Positions 1-12,843 of a DNA stretch of 64,000 nt are shown here, piece by piece. Position numbers and translations under genes: made by a program. The stretch's first letter is position 1; every line of letters starts with the position of its first letter. Origin of the DNA: Cenococcum geophilum (Eukaryota); assembly GCA_050273025.1 (NCBI GenBank), contig CP158635.1, forward strand, positions 17,112,001 through 17,176,000. The letters run 5' to 3'. The notes beneath the pieces were generated by a model, which saw only the letters and a list, made by a program, of their open reading frames with translations, ran no database searches and was not told the origin of the DNA.

Positions 1-800
1 GCCAAGCACTAATCTATAAGTTCCTTTAGCATCTATATAGTAGTAAAAACTAGTAATATAGCTTGCTATAGGTCTAGGGTAAGCTTATTAAATAGGTTTA
101 GCATTAAATCTTTTTAGGGAATTTAAGCCTAGCTAGCTAGGTGCAGAAAGTGGGTCTAAAAGGCTAAGAAGGTCTCTATTGTTTTTATATTTAGGCTTTT
201 ATAATTAAGTTAGGTATTTTATACTTTAAAGGGGTCCTTATAAATAGAAGATAGGTAAATAATTATCTCTTTATTAAAGAGGAAGGGATTTACTAATTTC
301 TATACGTACTAAGGACATAGGTGCGTCTATATATCCCCGCTAGTACGGCTAAAGACATAGGCCATTTTAGCCTAAGTAGTAGGAAAGTAGTCCATATTAA
401 CTTTAAGCTTATCCTATAATTAAAGCTTCTAATTATTAAATATAGGGTTAGTTCTATTTATAAGTAATAGGGGGTCCGCAACCTTTATAGACCGTAATAA
501 TACTAATACTATATATTAGGCTAGAGCTTTAAGGACTATAGTAAGTCTCTAGGTATTTAATACCTCTTTATTAGGTATAGGGGTTTTTCTAACTTTAAGC
601 AGCTCTTAAAGTTATTTAATTTTAGTATTAGCTGCTATAAGCTCCACCTAGGAGTTTAAGTTAGTTACTATTTTACTATTAAAGGCATTTAATAGTCCTA
701 CAGCTACTTTACCGGCTGCTGTATTTCTTAGCATTATGGTATAGTTATTAGGGTAACTTTTAATAGGATTCTATAGGGGTTCTGGTCTATGCGTATTTTA
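1..800 (-). mobile_element. RIP-degraded Ty3/Gypsy retrotransposon gag region (continues past window start)
   Basis: Minus-strand translation through RIP stops gives IKVADPLLL.N.TNP.FNN*KL*L*DKL.VN.D.F...AKMAYVFSRT.G......P, typical of fungal Gypsy gag. Strong TpA excess. Confidence 0.75.
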
Positions 801-1100
801 TAAATCTTATTATTCTTTTTTATTCTTCTAGTTTTGTTTTATTCTTTAAGTTCTAATAATAGTTTTTAGGTCTACTTCTATATTCTATTCTTATTTATAA
901 TCCATAAATATTTTTAAGTTCCTTCTTAGAAAGAAGAGGTAGTTAAGCTTTAGATAATATTAGCGACTTAGTTAATTAAGGCACGAGCACGGTAAAAGGG
1001 ACGCGTAAGCCTATACGATTGGCAGTCTATAAACGAAGATCTAAAGCTAAAGAAAGACGAAGGGTGGCGCCGCTTAACGTTATATACAATCCTCTAGTTA

Positions 1101-1595
1101 CGTGACGGCAACTATTTAGAACTGTATAAAACTGTCTATAACTATCTACGACTATCTATAACTATCCGCTATAATCTACCAATATCTATTAGCTACAATT
1201 TACTAGTTTCTACTAGTGCCGTAATAAAGTATAAGCGGCGATAATATATAGCAAGGTAGATATTATTAAGCTATATATATAAACTGTATAAGGAGGTTAA
1301 GACGTTATATAAGGAAAGAAGGTAGAAAAATAGGAAGAAAGGGTATATATTGTGGACTTAGTTACTTAGTTAATATATATATAAAGCAGAATAGGATTTA
1401 GGTAGTAGTCCTAGTAAAACTTAGTAGGATTTAGTAGAACTTAGTAGAACTTAGTAGAATATAGCAGAATGTAGTAGGTTGCTATTAGATTGCCGCAGAT
1501 TACTATTAGATTGCCGTCTTATAGTTAGTCTTTAGTTGCTAAGTTAGTAAAAATAGGTAAACGTATATAAGGTGTTATGGGGGTGTCCCATAATA
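1101..1595 (-). repeat. Probable LTR, boundaries approximate
   Basis: On the minus strand it starts T(G>A)TTATGGG directly after a polypurine tract (rc of 1598-1608). It contains short internal tandem repeats (cttagtagaa, actatct) and lies upstream of gag. Confidence 0.5.
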
Positions 1596-2090
1596 GTACC
1601 CCCCTTTTAAACTTAAGCTTCTGTAAGATAGGGCTATAGTAGTTCTAGGTGGAGTTTATAAAAGTTTTCTGCGGCTTATATAAGTCCTATAGAGTTAACG
1701 GGTTCCTATAAGGGCTTAGTAAAGCCTCTCTATTTTATAAGATATATATATTAGCATTTCTGTTTATTATACTTAATATTATTAATTCTTTTAATAAAGC
1801 ACTCATTCTTACCATCCACTTTAACTGGTAGGGGAGGGTCTTATATTTATCTGGGTAGGGCGTTTAATATAGGAGTAGTAGGGTGGAGGACTGATATATA
1901 GAATATGGGGTGGATTTTAACCATATTAGGGAGCTTTAATTGGTAGGCGTGGGAGGAGATAACCTTCTTAACCTTATAAGGGCTAGCGTTCTTCTAATTA
2001 AGCTTCTTAACAGGTTGTTTTGTGTTTAGATTTCTTATATTTAGCTAGACGAAGTTACTAATTTAGTAGGCTACGTCAGGAAAACGGGAA
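1596..2090 (-). mobile_element. RIP-degraded chromoviral Gypsy integrase C-terminus plus chromodomain and PPT
   Basis: Minus strand reads HAYQLKLPNMVKIHPIFYIS (GPY/F region, ~1895-1950) and YLIK*RGFTKPL*EP (chromodomain with TGG>TAG, ~1700-1745), followed by AAAAGGGGGG. Confidence 0.8.
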
Positions 2091-2351
2091 AGTGGCAGGA
2101 GCTAGCCCGGGGCTAGCCCCGGGTCATTTTAGCTGGATCCGCTGATCTGCTTATGTACACTTCTTTACGCTAGCCCGGGGCCACTTTAGCCACTTTAGCT
2201 ACTTTAGCCACTTTGTATCTAATAGTTATAATATTTATAATTTATAAGGATAGGAGGGTAAAGAATAAGAGAAATAGGGCCTAGGTTAAACGGATTAGAG
2301 GTAGGAGCTATGGAGTATATAGGTTTAGCGCCAGGCGCGTAGAAGGGTTAT

Positions 2352-2648
2352 CCCTTAGCACGTCAGGGTCCAACGAGTAAGTGGTCCGTGCGGGAACACC
2401 GTTTTCAAAAACGCACAAATACCTACCGCAATGCCTTCTAATCGTGCTAGAATTTCTGCAGAAAGGATAAGTGCTAGTAACCTCATATTGAGTGACTCAA
2501 CTTCAAAGAATAAGCTTATATATTAAAATACTATGGAGTTTGGCCTCTATCAAAAGCTTCGTATTCCTGAGTACGGGCGTTAAATGCAGGTCAATTGATT
2601 GGCTGGATCTTATCGATAACAATTGGACCCGAATTGACGTGCTAAGGG
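2352..2648 (+). mobile_element. Non-autonomous piggyBac-like element (deletion derivative)
   Basis: Perfect 14-bp TIR CCCTTAGCACGTCA/TGACGTGCTAAGGG plus inner GGGTCCAA repeat. Shares ATGCCTTCTAATCG and the CTGCAGAAAGGA... block with the element at 6650-7268. Confidence 0.75.
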
Positions 2649-3668
2649 ATACTTCTGGATAAACTGCCCGTAAAACGGGGCACAGGCTAGGTAAGTGGGA
2701 GGCTTAACGTTAGACCGGCAAGCAAGAGGCTTAGGGCGGCGGGGAGTTTTAGCAACGCGACCTCTAAAAACGGCAACAGAACCCTCCAAAACTGGCAGTC
2801 AGATCTCCATTTTCTTTTTTAATGGAGTATACGCGTATAGTGCTAAAGTTCATCTAGTGTAAGATTTTGCGACGTGGCGTATTTCAACACTCCCGCAACA
2901 CTGGCCGAGCTCCGGACTCCGCTGGCCCGCGCGTGTACGGACTGAGTGTGTTACAAAGTTGCTCTTTGTGGACAACATCGGAGACAGTTTTGCTTGTGTG
3001 AGTCCAGTCAAGGACTGCAAGGCCGCTAAATAGAGTGTCGTTGGTACTCTGAGCCAGGGTCGTTGAGAGCCCTGAAGCGTCACCTCCGATAGCTCCAGCA
3101 ATGGCGATCGAGAGGTTACGCCATGTTAGGAGTTGAGAAATGCCCGGAATCGGGTCCTTGTATATTAAATAACTCTGCATATTATAGCGATCTTGTCTAA
3201 CCTGACGAATATAAATATATATCAAATTCGAGCTTTATTATCACGATATTGCGTTATAATTGATTGATCAAACATACAGCATCATTTTGCCAAGACTACG
3301 TCAAATCTAGATCATCTGGTTGGTTCGCTTACTAAACGACCTTCTTAACAGCGCATGGGATAAGAGTACCATCCGCAATAGAATATTAGATATAAGCGCA
3401 AAAAGAATTAAGCAGTATGCAATTTTATAAACCCAACCCCCCCCATTTCCTATGTGATATTCCCCCAGCAAATAAAAAAAAAAGGCCACGACCGATACAA
3501 GACTTGTACTTGTAGCCTTGCCCTTAATATTTAGGAGGGGCACGCGCTACCATTGCGCCAACCCTATTCGATAATAAGCTACAGTATTGCATATTCGATG
3601 TGAACAAGGTAACATACGGCCAGGTGGATCTAGAAAACTGATTATTTGAAAATAAAAATAACAAAATA

Positions 3669-3855
3669 TATATACGGAGGTAGCGGTCAAAAGTCCCTGG
3701 GCCTCCTCTTGTAGTGGCGTGCGCTAGCCTTTAGTGGCTTTGTGTGGCGTAAATGCTTGGCGCACACTGCTTACGCCACACTAAGCCACTAAAGGCTAGC
3801 GCACACCACCACGGCAGGGGGTGCCAGGAACTTTTGACCGCTACCTCCGTATATA
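3669..3855. mobile_element. Foldback MITE-like inverted repeat with TA-rich ends
   Basis: Arms of ~80 bp (TATACGGAGGTAGCGGTCAAAAGT...GTGTGGCGTAA and its reverse complement) around a short loop. Confidence 0.75.
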
Positions 3856-3869
3856 AAAGCATTATATAA

Positions 3870-4147
3870 AGCTCTACACGAAGCTCTGCACAAAGCTTTT
3901 ATATAGAGCCTCCGTAGTAGAGCCGTCGTACGCAAAACCGTCGTACACAGAGCCGTCGTGCAGAGCCTCCGTAAAGAGCCTCGTGCAGAGCCTCCGTAGA
4001 GCTTCATGCAGAGCCTCCGTATGCAGAGCTTCATACAGAGCCTCGTGCAGAGTCTCCATACGCAGAGCTTCATGCGGAGCTTCGTGCAGAGTCTCCATAC
4101 GCAGGGCTTCGTGCAGAGCTTCGTGCAGAGCTTCGTGCAGAGCCTCA
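3870..4147. repeat. Minisatellite, ~12-bp core GCAGAGCTTCGT/GCAGAGCCTCGT
   Basis: Visible tandem iteration. It produces spurious CRAS/QSFV ORFs. Confidence 0.85.
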
Positions 4148-4484
4148 GTAAATATATTTCTATTTCTTTAAATCATATATCGGCTCTCCTTTATCCAGTT
4201 TAGTTAAAATTTTACAGATGCCAAGCTTTATCCAGATATTATCCGGATATTATCCGATATCCGGGCTATCCTCGGATAGGATTATTATCCGCCTGACTAG
4301 ATAGGATAATTTATCCTCCGCAGGTCTGTGCAAGAGATAAATGTGATGTGGCGCCAGTGAGGTAACGTGGACCACATTATATACTGCACATCAAGCTTGC
4401 CTCAGTTACCTTTACCTTGACACCTTTACATCGATTACGAAGGAAGTTGATCTCCAACTCTACTTGCTGAGCACTACATAGATT

Positions 4485-6599
4485 ATGCCTTCTGAGTTTG
4501 ATTTCATCATTGCGGGAGGTTTGTTAACCTCTGTTATATTCGGTATAGAATCTAATGATTTCTCTAGGTGGAACTTCAGGCTGCCTCCTCGCAAACCACC
4601 TTGCCAATGCTCCTACTCGCCCGTCAGTTCTCCTTGTCGAGGTCGGTGGAGAGCCTGTAGGGAAAACCGTCCGCCCGCCGTTCTACCGATTTATGAATGC
4701 CTTCACGCGTCCTGACCTGGATCACGGCTATTCAACTACCAACCAGCCTTTGTTAAATAATCGCAGCATTCAATATCCAAGGGGGAAGGCTTTAGGTGGA
4801 AGTTCGGTTCTGAACTTTATGGGTATGTGGGCAAGAGACGCAGATAGCGATGCATATATTACTAAAGATACCTAGTATACGTGTACGGATCAGGAGAAGA
4901 CTACAATAGATGGGGTGAGCTAGTGGGAGATGATAGTTGGAGGTGGGAGAATACCAAGGAGTTGTTTAAACGGGTACTTTAAAACAAACAAAGATGGAAG
5001 GGGTAATACTAACAAAAGATTCATCAGATTGAGAATTACGACATGGCAGCTGCAAGCTCGTATTCTCAATACGCGAATCCATCTCCCTCAGAGCATGGAC
5101 AGAGAGGGTAAGCCCCTAAGAACAGACATTGTTTGACCAAGTTACAAAAGGCTCATATATATAGTTTGGTCAATGTTTCCCTTCCACTGGTCTTAGAGAA
5201 AGGAACCGCAGTTGCGTTGGATGCCATGGATAAGTTTGGTGTAAGCTTGCAGAGTCTTTCGTTGAATCCTGCGCTAATAGTATATAGATGGGACCACGTA
5301 ATCTCGATTTGAATTCTGGTGATCCAGTTGGCGTAGGTATCTTCCCAAGCTCTTATGGTCGCGATGGACGTACAACAAGTGCCACAGCCCATCTTTTGAA
5401 TGCACCCAACAACCTTACAATTTGGTCAAATGCGACCGTCTCACGATTCATACTAGACGGCAAAAAGGTTCTTGGTGTGGAATTAGCAGATGGTCGTCAA
5501 GGTAACACTCATAATTATGTCTTTAGTGTATATTGCTTACCCCTGCATCTGTAGCTATGTCTAAGAAGGACGTTATCATCAGTGCCGGAGCCCTCGACTC
5601 ACCAAAACTTCTCCTGCTGAATGGTATTGGGCCAGCAGATGAACTTGCTGCTCACAACATTAATGTTGTACACGATCTTCCCGGAGTTGGTAAGAATTTA
5701 CGGGATCACTTGCTAGTATTCCTGCCTATGGAAGTCGATCCAAGTTTGACGGATAAGCACGCGTTCGAAAGCGATACTGCTGGAATAGCGCAAGCTCAGG
5801 AACAGTGGCTTAAGGATCAGACAGGCCCTTTCACACTCCATAATTCAACGCTGTTTGGAGGATTCCCAAAACTCCCACGCTTAGAAGACTCAGCCGAGTT
5901 CAAAGCCTTGGATAAAGACTTGCAGGAATATCTCTCCAAACCAACGGTTCCGTCATACGAAATTCTCGGAAATGCGCCCTTGGCTCTACCAGGGTTCCAA
6001 CTAGCTGCGGATAGTGCATTCTTGACCTTTGTGGCGTTTCTCATGAACCCGCAATCGCAAGGTGAAGTTACTTTGCGCTCTACTGATCCTCGCGATGCCC
6101 CGGTCATTGATCCGAAGTACATGGAACATCCTTTTGACAGAAAGGCAATGCTAGAGACAATTCGTGAGGCAGTGACCTACGTGCAAGAGAGCGATTTGAA
6201 GAAATACTTTAAGCGTTTCATTCTCGGCCCGGCAAGTACATCCGACGAGGATATCCAGGTACGCTGCACTGTTCTATACTTCTAGTAACTTTGGCTCTGA
6301 TTACCTTTAGGAATTCATGAAAGAGGCGCTGAGAACAGGGTTGCACGCTAATGGAACCGTCAAAATGGGCAAACCGGAGGATTCTAGTGCATGCGTTAGT
6401 CCTGATTTCCGAGTGTATGGAATGGAAGGCCTGCGGGTGGTTGACATGAGTGTCTCTCCACTCACTCCGAAGTAAGTCGTACGGGGCTCGTTGAAGAAAT
6501 GGTGTCGCTAACTTTCATGGTAGCAATCACACCCAAACTACGGCGTACCTGATAGGCCAAAAGGCTGCTGACACCATCATTGCAGAATACGAACTTTGA
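4485..6599 (+). CDS. GMC (glucose-methanol-choline) FAD oxidoreductase, multi-exon
   Basis: FDFIIAGG|GTSG dinucleotide-binding motif across intron 1, PRGKALGGSSVLN, VIISAGALDSPKLLLLNGIGP, DLPGVGKNLRDH, HANGTVKMG, FRVYGMEGLRVVDMS, and C-terminal NHTQTTAYLIGQKAA...EYEL*. Confidence 0.92.
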
Positions 6600-6649
6600 T
6601 GAAAGAAGATTCAGAGCGATGTGCATAGTTAATAGATATACGAAAATAT

Positions 6650-7268
6650 CCCTTAACCCGCTGGCGTCCATCTGGTAGATGGTTCGTGCGGAACGCCAGA
6701 ATCAAAACTACGCGTATAGCCTACATAGATTTGATCAATACATTACCATCAGCCATGCCTTCTAATCGTACTTCTAATGATATAGACTTTGCTCAGCCGA
6801 CTCAATATAACGTTCGACCAAATCGGGTAGCTAAAAAACCAACCCCGGAGCCATAGGAGCTGCCCGATTTCGACGACCATGGCACCCCAAATCTACCTCC
6901 TACCCTTAATCGAAGCGATCCGTTTACTATATTTGGTCAATTCTTCACGGATAAGATCGTAGATAAGCTAGTAGAGTGGGCGAACAATTATACAGAGCTA
7001 CACCCGTCGGACGGTGGAAGAGGCCTCTGTGAGTGCCAAGGAAGCATTTTAGGTGTAAAATATATCAGATTCCGTTCTGCAGAAAGGACGAGTGTTGGCT
7101 ACTTCATATTGGGCGACTCGTCTCTAAGGAATAAGCTATATAGATTGTTTTATATGATATTTAGTGGATCACCAGTCTCATATCCCTGAGCATGGCAATT
7201 TAATCCAATTGATCTGATTGGCTAAATCCTTATCGATAACGGATGGACGCAACTCGGCGGGTTAAGGG
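6650..7268 (+). mobile_element. Internally deleted piggyBac-like DNA transposon
   Basis: TIR CCCTTAACCCGC/GCGGGTTAAGGG. Retains the transposase N-terminal motif PFTIFGQFFTDKIVDKLVEWANNY (~6920-6990) and the C-terminal Cys-rich remnant HFRCKIYQIPFCRKDECWLLH (~7045-7107). Confidence 0.8.
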
Positions 7269-8475
7269 ATAGTAGATACTAAGAAAATCTTAAGTGATTC
7301 ATATATGGTTATATTTCGGTTTCCTCCGCCGTGTAGTAAGGAAGATGTGTTGAAGGCGTCCTCACATCTGCTAGATGCGCGTCTCGCCTGTAACTAGTGA
7401 TAAAACTTACGATCCTAGTAATTAGGCTCGTATATTGCAGTATAGCGCTCGCTTGCATAATTATCCCTTGCACAGATAGATAGAATGTGCACCGTGCGCA
7501 CCAATCAATAAGCTGCACGCGCAGGCGGTAAGTTGTTCTGCCATGTAACCAAAGATTTCGAATGAAGCCACGAATATTGTATTTCTGGTGGAGATTATAT
7601 ATAGAGCCTCGATCAAGGGTGCTAAGTCGATTGACGTGTTCCTGCCAACAAGGGCTGTCCTTGTACAGTGGTATTCGACGGTCCTTGTTGTCGATATGGG
7701 GTGGAAGATTTGGCTGCCCATACTCGTTTAATGTTCTTGTTGTCGTGCACGGGCCACAAAATATAGTACCTTATTTGTGCAAGGGATACATGGTTGCTTA
7801 AGAATTGTCGGGGATGCATGTGCTGTGGGGTTGTCGGCAGGCCAAACGAAAGAGTTGCCGACTAGTTCTCGATGAAAATCATCAGCAATAAATTCGAATT
7901 TTAGAAGCGATTGGACAATTGGCGGATTGTGGAGATGAGGCTGATGATGCTTCGTGCGCACTTTGAAGGCGCTCGGTTGTGGTTGCTCGTCGCGACGCCT
8001 TGGTATTTAGTTATTGACACGAAGCTGCGACTGGGCTAAGCATCTTTACCTTTCTCTCATCTCAGAATTCCTCCGAAACAGAATTGTAATTGGCATCATC
8101 GATACGAATCCTCAACTCGACAGTGTCATCAAGCGCCAAAGCCGTTTGGTAATAGGGATTGGGTGGTTGGGTTCTGCTGGAAAGAGTGGCTAGTACTCCC
8201 AGCCTCCTACACATTTTGCATATCCTTCCCTCTCCTACCTACATTCCTCGTGCATATCTCCTACTCTATTTCGCTCGTTCAGAACTGACTTTGCTCTCAA
8301 CCCTTGAATTGCTTGTAAAGCTGTCGAGGCAGGAAGCTGCAGAACCGAACCGAATCCACCCCGCATCAACAACCACGATATATCTCCCGAACACCGATAA
8401 GAATATCCTCCTACGAGTCTCTTCGCACACTATTTACCCCTCTCTTGGGCCAATTGACGACCTCCAACGGCCAGC

Positions 8476-9644
8476 ATGAGGTTCCTCGAAGCTCCTTCCA
8501 CTCTTTTAACGTCCGCTGCGCTTCTCCTTTCGTTTGCATCACTCTCCGTCGCAAAGCCGTACCCAATCGAAGCGTTCAGCGACCTACAGAACAGCACAGA
8601 GTCGGAGCACCTCGAAGCGCGGTGCGCAAACCCCTGTGGTTACTACGGTCAGCTTTGCTGTGCCGTAGGTCAATCGTGCTACACAGACTCGCACAACCAA
8701 GCCCAGTGCGGCGGACCAGTGACTGCTGCAGCAACTGCAAACGCTGGCGGCTGGGTATACTACACCTCCACATGGGTTGAAACCAATTACGTTACTCGGA
8801 CAGCTGTCTATAGCTCGTATGTCGGAGTATCAGTCGCAGCCACTCCAACTGCGGCAAGCTGCTCTCAGTACAACCAGTCGCCTTGCGGCAGCATCTGCTG
8901 TGACAGCGGATACTACTGCTTGACGTCCGGGACATGCGCGTATGCAGGAGGAGGGAGTTCAGGAGGAGTATATTACAGTACACTCGCCCCATCCGCACCC
9001 TTACGTCCCACGAGCTCTACGCTGATAGTGGTCACAGCCACTGGCACCCCAACGACGACCGTTCCCTTCCAGACTCCCATCGCGACCGGCGCCAATGCTA
9101 CGATCACATCTTCTCAACAAACTGGCGGTAACGGCCTCAGTGGCGGAGCAATTGCCGGAATTGTCATCGGAGTGTTAGCCGGAATCCTTCTGCTCACTCT
9201 CCTTTGTCTCTTCTGCTGTGCTAGAGCTATATTCGATACTGTCTTGGCCATCTTTGGCCTCGGCAGGAACAGAAGACGCGTGCACGAGGAGACATATATC
9301 GAAGAGCACCACCACAGCAGCGGAACTGGTGGACGTCGCTGGTACGGAAACCGCCCGTCACGGCCAGCTTCACCTGCAAGAACAGGCGGCAGATTCGGCA
9401 ACGCGTTGGGAATTGGAGCATTGTTAGGCGGACTGGCTATTGCTCTTGGCTTGAAGAGGCGGCACGATCGACGCCATGATGAGAAGAGCAATACTGTATC
9501 GAGTTATTCGTATAGCGATTACACAAGCACAAGTAGGTCTTCTGCTGAACGCAGTGCTTGAATACCAGCATAACTAACCTTCTTTTAGGTAGCGCAAGCT
9601 CAGATCGGCGAACGAGAAACACACGCCATTCCTCACGACATTAG
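8476..9644 (+). CDS. Single-pass type I membrane protein: signal peptide, Cys-rich and Ser/Thr-rich ectodomain, Mid2/SKG6-like TM
   Basis: Hydrophobic N-terminus, two CGxxCC modules, S/T stalk, LSGGAIAGIVIGVLAG TM segment and basic tail. One intron near 9533-9588; last exon ends TAG 9642-9644. Confidence 0.8.
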
Positions 9645-12600
9645 CATCAATGATGCTCGTTGACGATGTACAAAATATTTCAAAGCTTAACTTTTATTTG
9701 TATCATGAGACAGGCGTTATGTTTTCGACATGCATTTTGAGGCCGTTGGATAAACACCACCTCCCGGGCGGCGTTTTTGGTTTCCAGCGCAGGATGAGCG
9801 TAGGATAGGCTACGAAACGGCTTCGTGGCTGACAGATGTTAATGAATGTTGAACGGAATGTGCTGGAATGGAGGACGCGACGGGAACGAGTGTCTCGGGA
9901 CAGACAGAATTAAATGAGGCCCGTGAAAAACGAAGCCATGGCTAGAAGAACAAGACTTCTTCTGAAACCAATTGAAATTGTACCAAAGTGTTCATATCTG
10001 CCTCCGTGAAATCCGTCCCCTCGGTCGAAATTCGAATGGCGCATTGCAGGCCATCCAGCGATCCCGTGACAGTAATGCTGCAAGCCCCTCAACACCAAGA
10101 ACCTCTCACTATCCAAGCAATCATCCCACCCGTATTTGTAATATCAATTTATGAAGACGTCATAATTAACATACCCCTTGGTATATCCATATGTCTTGGA
10201 TATGATGAGCCCAAGAGAAAATGGCGAGCATCGAGGACAGTTCAGCCATTCATGTATTGAGGGTTTGAAGAGAGCATTCGAGACCCATGTTCGCACAAAT
10301 GCAATATGATCCTAGACCAGACTACATTGCATGGGCTTGTAGAATTGGGAGTGTGCCGAAGCTTTGGATCTCTTCCGTAGTTTATTAGGCTTCAGATACA
10401 CAACTTAATCATAACATTTACGGAAATGCTTGATTTACTCGAGTATCTGTTTGCTCAAGCTCCAGGTCTCTATACTATTATATCCATTCGATCATTCCTA
10501 AATTAGCTTGAAATAGAAGCCATTATCGGAAAGATCGGCTGAATGCTCAGAGTTGGCCTTCGATGCACTCTGCTGCAGCTCTTCTACGCAGCCCGGCTGC
10601 CGTTATCCCATCTCAGTTAACAACAGGTGCTATAATTGTCTGTTTGTACTCCAACAAGTACTCCCAATAATAGCTATCAATACCCTCATTCTCGAGAGTA
10701 TCTGGCGCAGCTTCGTCTTCATCCTCATCATCCAGTCAATCTGCAGCGTAATCCTCCGTACAAGGTCATCTCGATTGCGCCCTTCAAGTAGTGCCTGAAT
10801 CTAGCAGGCTCACCACAATAGTAGCACGGAGACATTCCTAATCAATAACAGCAGTAATCCTGCCCGCTTCGTCAACCAATATATGCTACATTGACAAACC
10901 CTTGTGGGAAAGGATAGTGGATTCATTTTCTCCGGGTGGAAAGATGTGAGGTAGGATTTAGAGCAACCTTCAAGCAATACTCTTCGCATCTCCGCGCCCT
11001 CAACTTCATCCCAACTGTTGGAACTTTTCAGGATGGAATCCTAGTCATTGAGAATAAATGTCAGCCGAGCATGAAGCCAGTGGGGGCTATTTCGACTTAG
11101 CATTCGAGAAACGTTAGGTGTAATACGATCACTCCAAAGCGGACGGCACTTCGTCGCAGCTGGCCAACTTTGGTGTGTCGCTCGAGCCGGAGCCTGTCTT
11201 CAACTTATCTATAGGTTCAACCTCTTCCTTTTAAGTTTTATACATGTTCCCGATCCCTTTAAATTTCCCTGCAACAATTCGACCTAGTAACCCACAAGTT
11301 GCTTGATCAAATTCTCCTTGGCGCGCATGGGAAATTTCTTCCACCTCTTGCGTAAAGGTTGGCCGGGCATCAGCTCCACAAGCATCCATTCCAAACCAGG
11401 GTCACTATGATCCGGCTCATCAGATGCAATGATCTCGGGACCGGCGTCTCTGTTTCTTGGCGAACAAGTTCGATAGTTGTAACCTCGTTCATATGACGAG
11501 AGTCGACAGATAGAGACACACGCACCAAAGCCGTGCCACTATCGGTGTCCGCTTTATAAAGTTTGTTGAATGCTCCCTGAATATGAAAATGGACCTCGCA
11601 GCGTGCATCCCTACCTCAGGCCAAATTCTGGAGAGTAAGAAATTCGATGATCGCAATTTGGCTCCTTTGCCCAACGAGACCCCAGATTGAAGTTACCCTG
11701 TATCCAGCTAAGTCCATCTTGACCCATCACGTTGGCTGAGAGAGACCGGCAGTAGATTTGGCAGCTCGGGTTGAGGGAGAGAAAAGGTTCAAGACTTCTG
11801 ACGAAAAATGAAAGGATGGAGCGCGGTAGGCAAGGACGGAGTTGGACTACAAACCCTCACAACATCACGCCTTCTGTACCCCCCCGTAGCGCAATTAATG
11901 TTCCGGCTTATACGAGGTCGATAGTTGCCCAGAATCTCTAGATACCGCTATGAGCAAAGAGGAAATGTACTCAATTGACGTGTTTCAGTAGTGCAAGGAT
12001 CATCTAATATATCGTAGCGCTACGATCCTACTAGAAGCCTAGGACTCTAGCCATAAGAACCATTTATAGGGGTTTTAAGTACAGTTTGGAAGGATACGTA
12101 TCATACCAGTTATCAAACACATCTCATTCCCGTCAACGGGCGTTTCTTTGCGCTTCCGAAGAGGGCGCCGTAGTCAGTTTACAAGAATATGACTGAAATA
12201 ATGAGATGGCTGCTGTCAAACAGGACGGTCAAGGATGAGAACTCTGGTCTATTGAAAGAGGTTCCAGAGCCTCATTAAATACACGAATTGGGTGGATCAA
12301 GACCCCCTGATCTAAGCTTGATATTGTGTGTAGTGATTGACACCAGGCCGACAGCTGCCTTGCTACGGCTGTCCATAAAGAACGGTGTAGTAAGGAAGGG
12401 ATGGGAAAGGAAATAGAGGCGATGCATTGAAAAAAGAGCTCGCGGTACACAAGTCATATCCGAGATGATGGAAGGGACGCGCCCATTTATCATAATTTCC
12501 CAAATGACCCTACTAAGACCTTTTTTTCCCTTTTTTTACACGAAACGCAAGCCCGGTTTTCCTTGAGCGGAAAACATGCCCCGTGAGGAAGTGTTCGTCG

Positions 12601-12843
12601 GCGTTCGGGTTTCGAAGGCCTGGCGACACTGACGATCCCACGAGCATTCCCAAAGGAGTTAGGCAACATTTAATCAGGAGATGCGACCTGACGTTGTCCA
12701 TTGATCCATGTCCCGATTGCATAAAGTGGCACGGTTGTTCAGTTATTCGACTCTCTAACTGGGTCTAAAACACTGGTTGTCGATGAGATATAACGGAGTT
12801 GGCCGAGCCTGGAGGAACAATTCATGAAAGGGACATTAAGACG

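Noticed and set aside
2850..3543. Short minus-strand ORFs
   Set aside because: No recognisable motifs or consistent gene structure. Possibly decayed fragments.
3789..4203. Short repetitive ORFs (CRAS/QSFV/EALH); similar ones at 53572-53982 and 55106-55386
   Set aside because: Translations of minisatellites.
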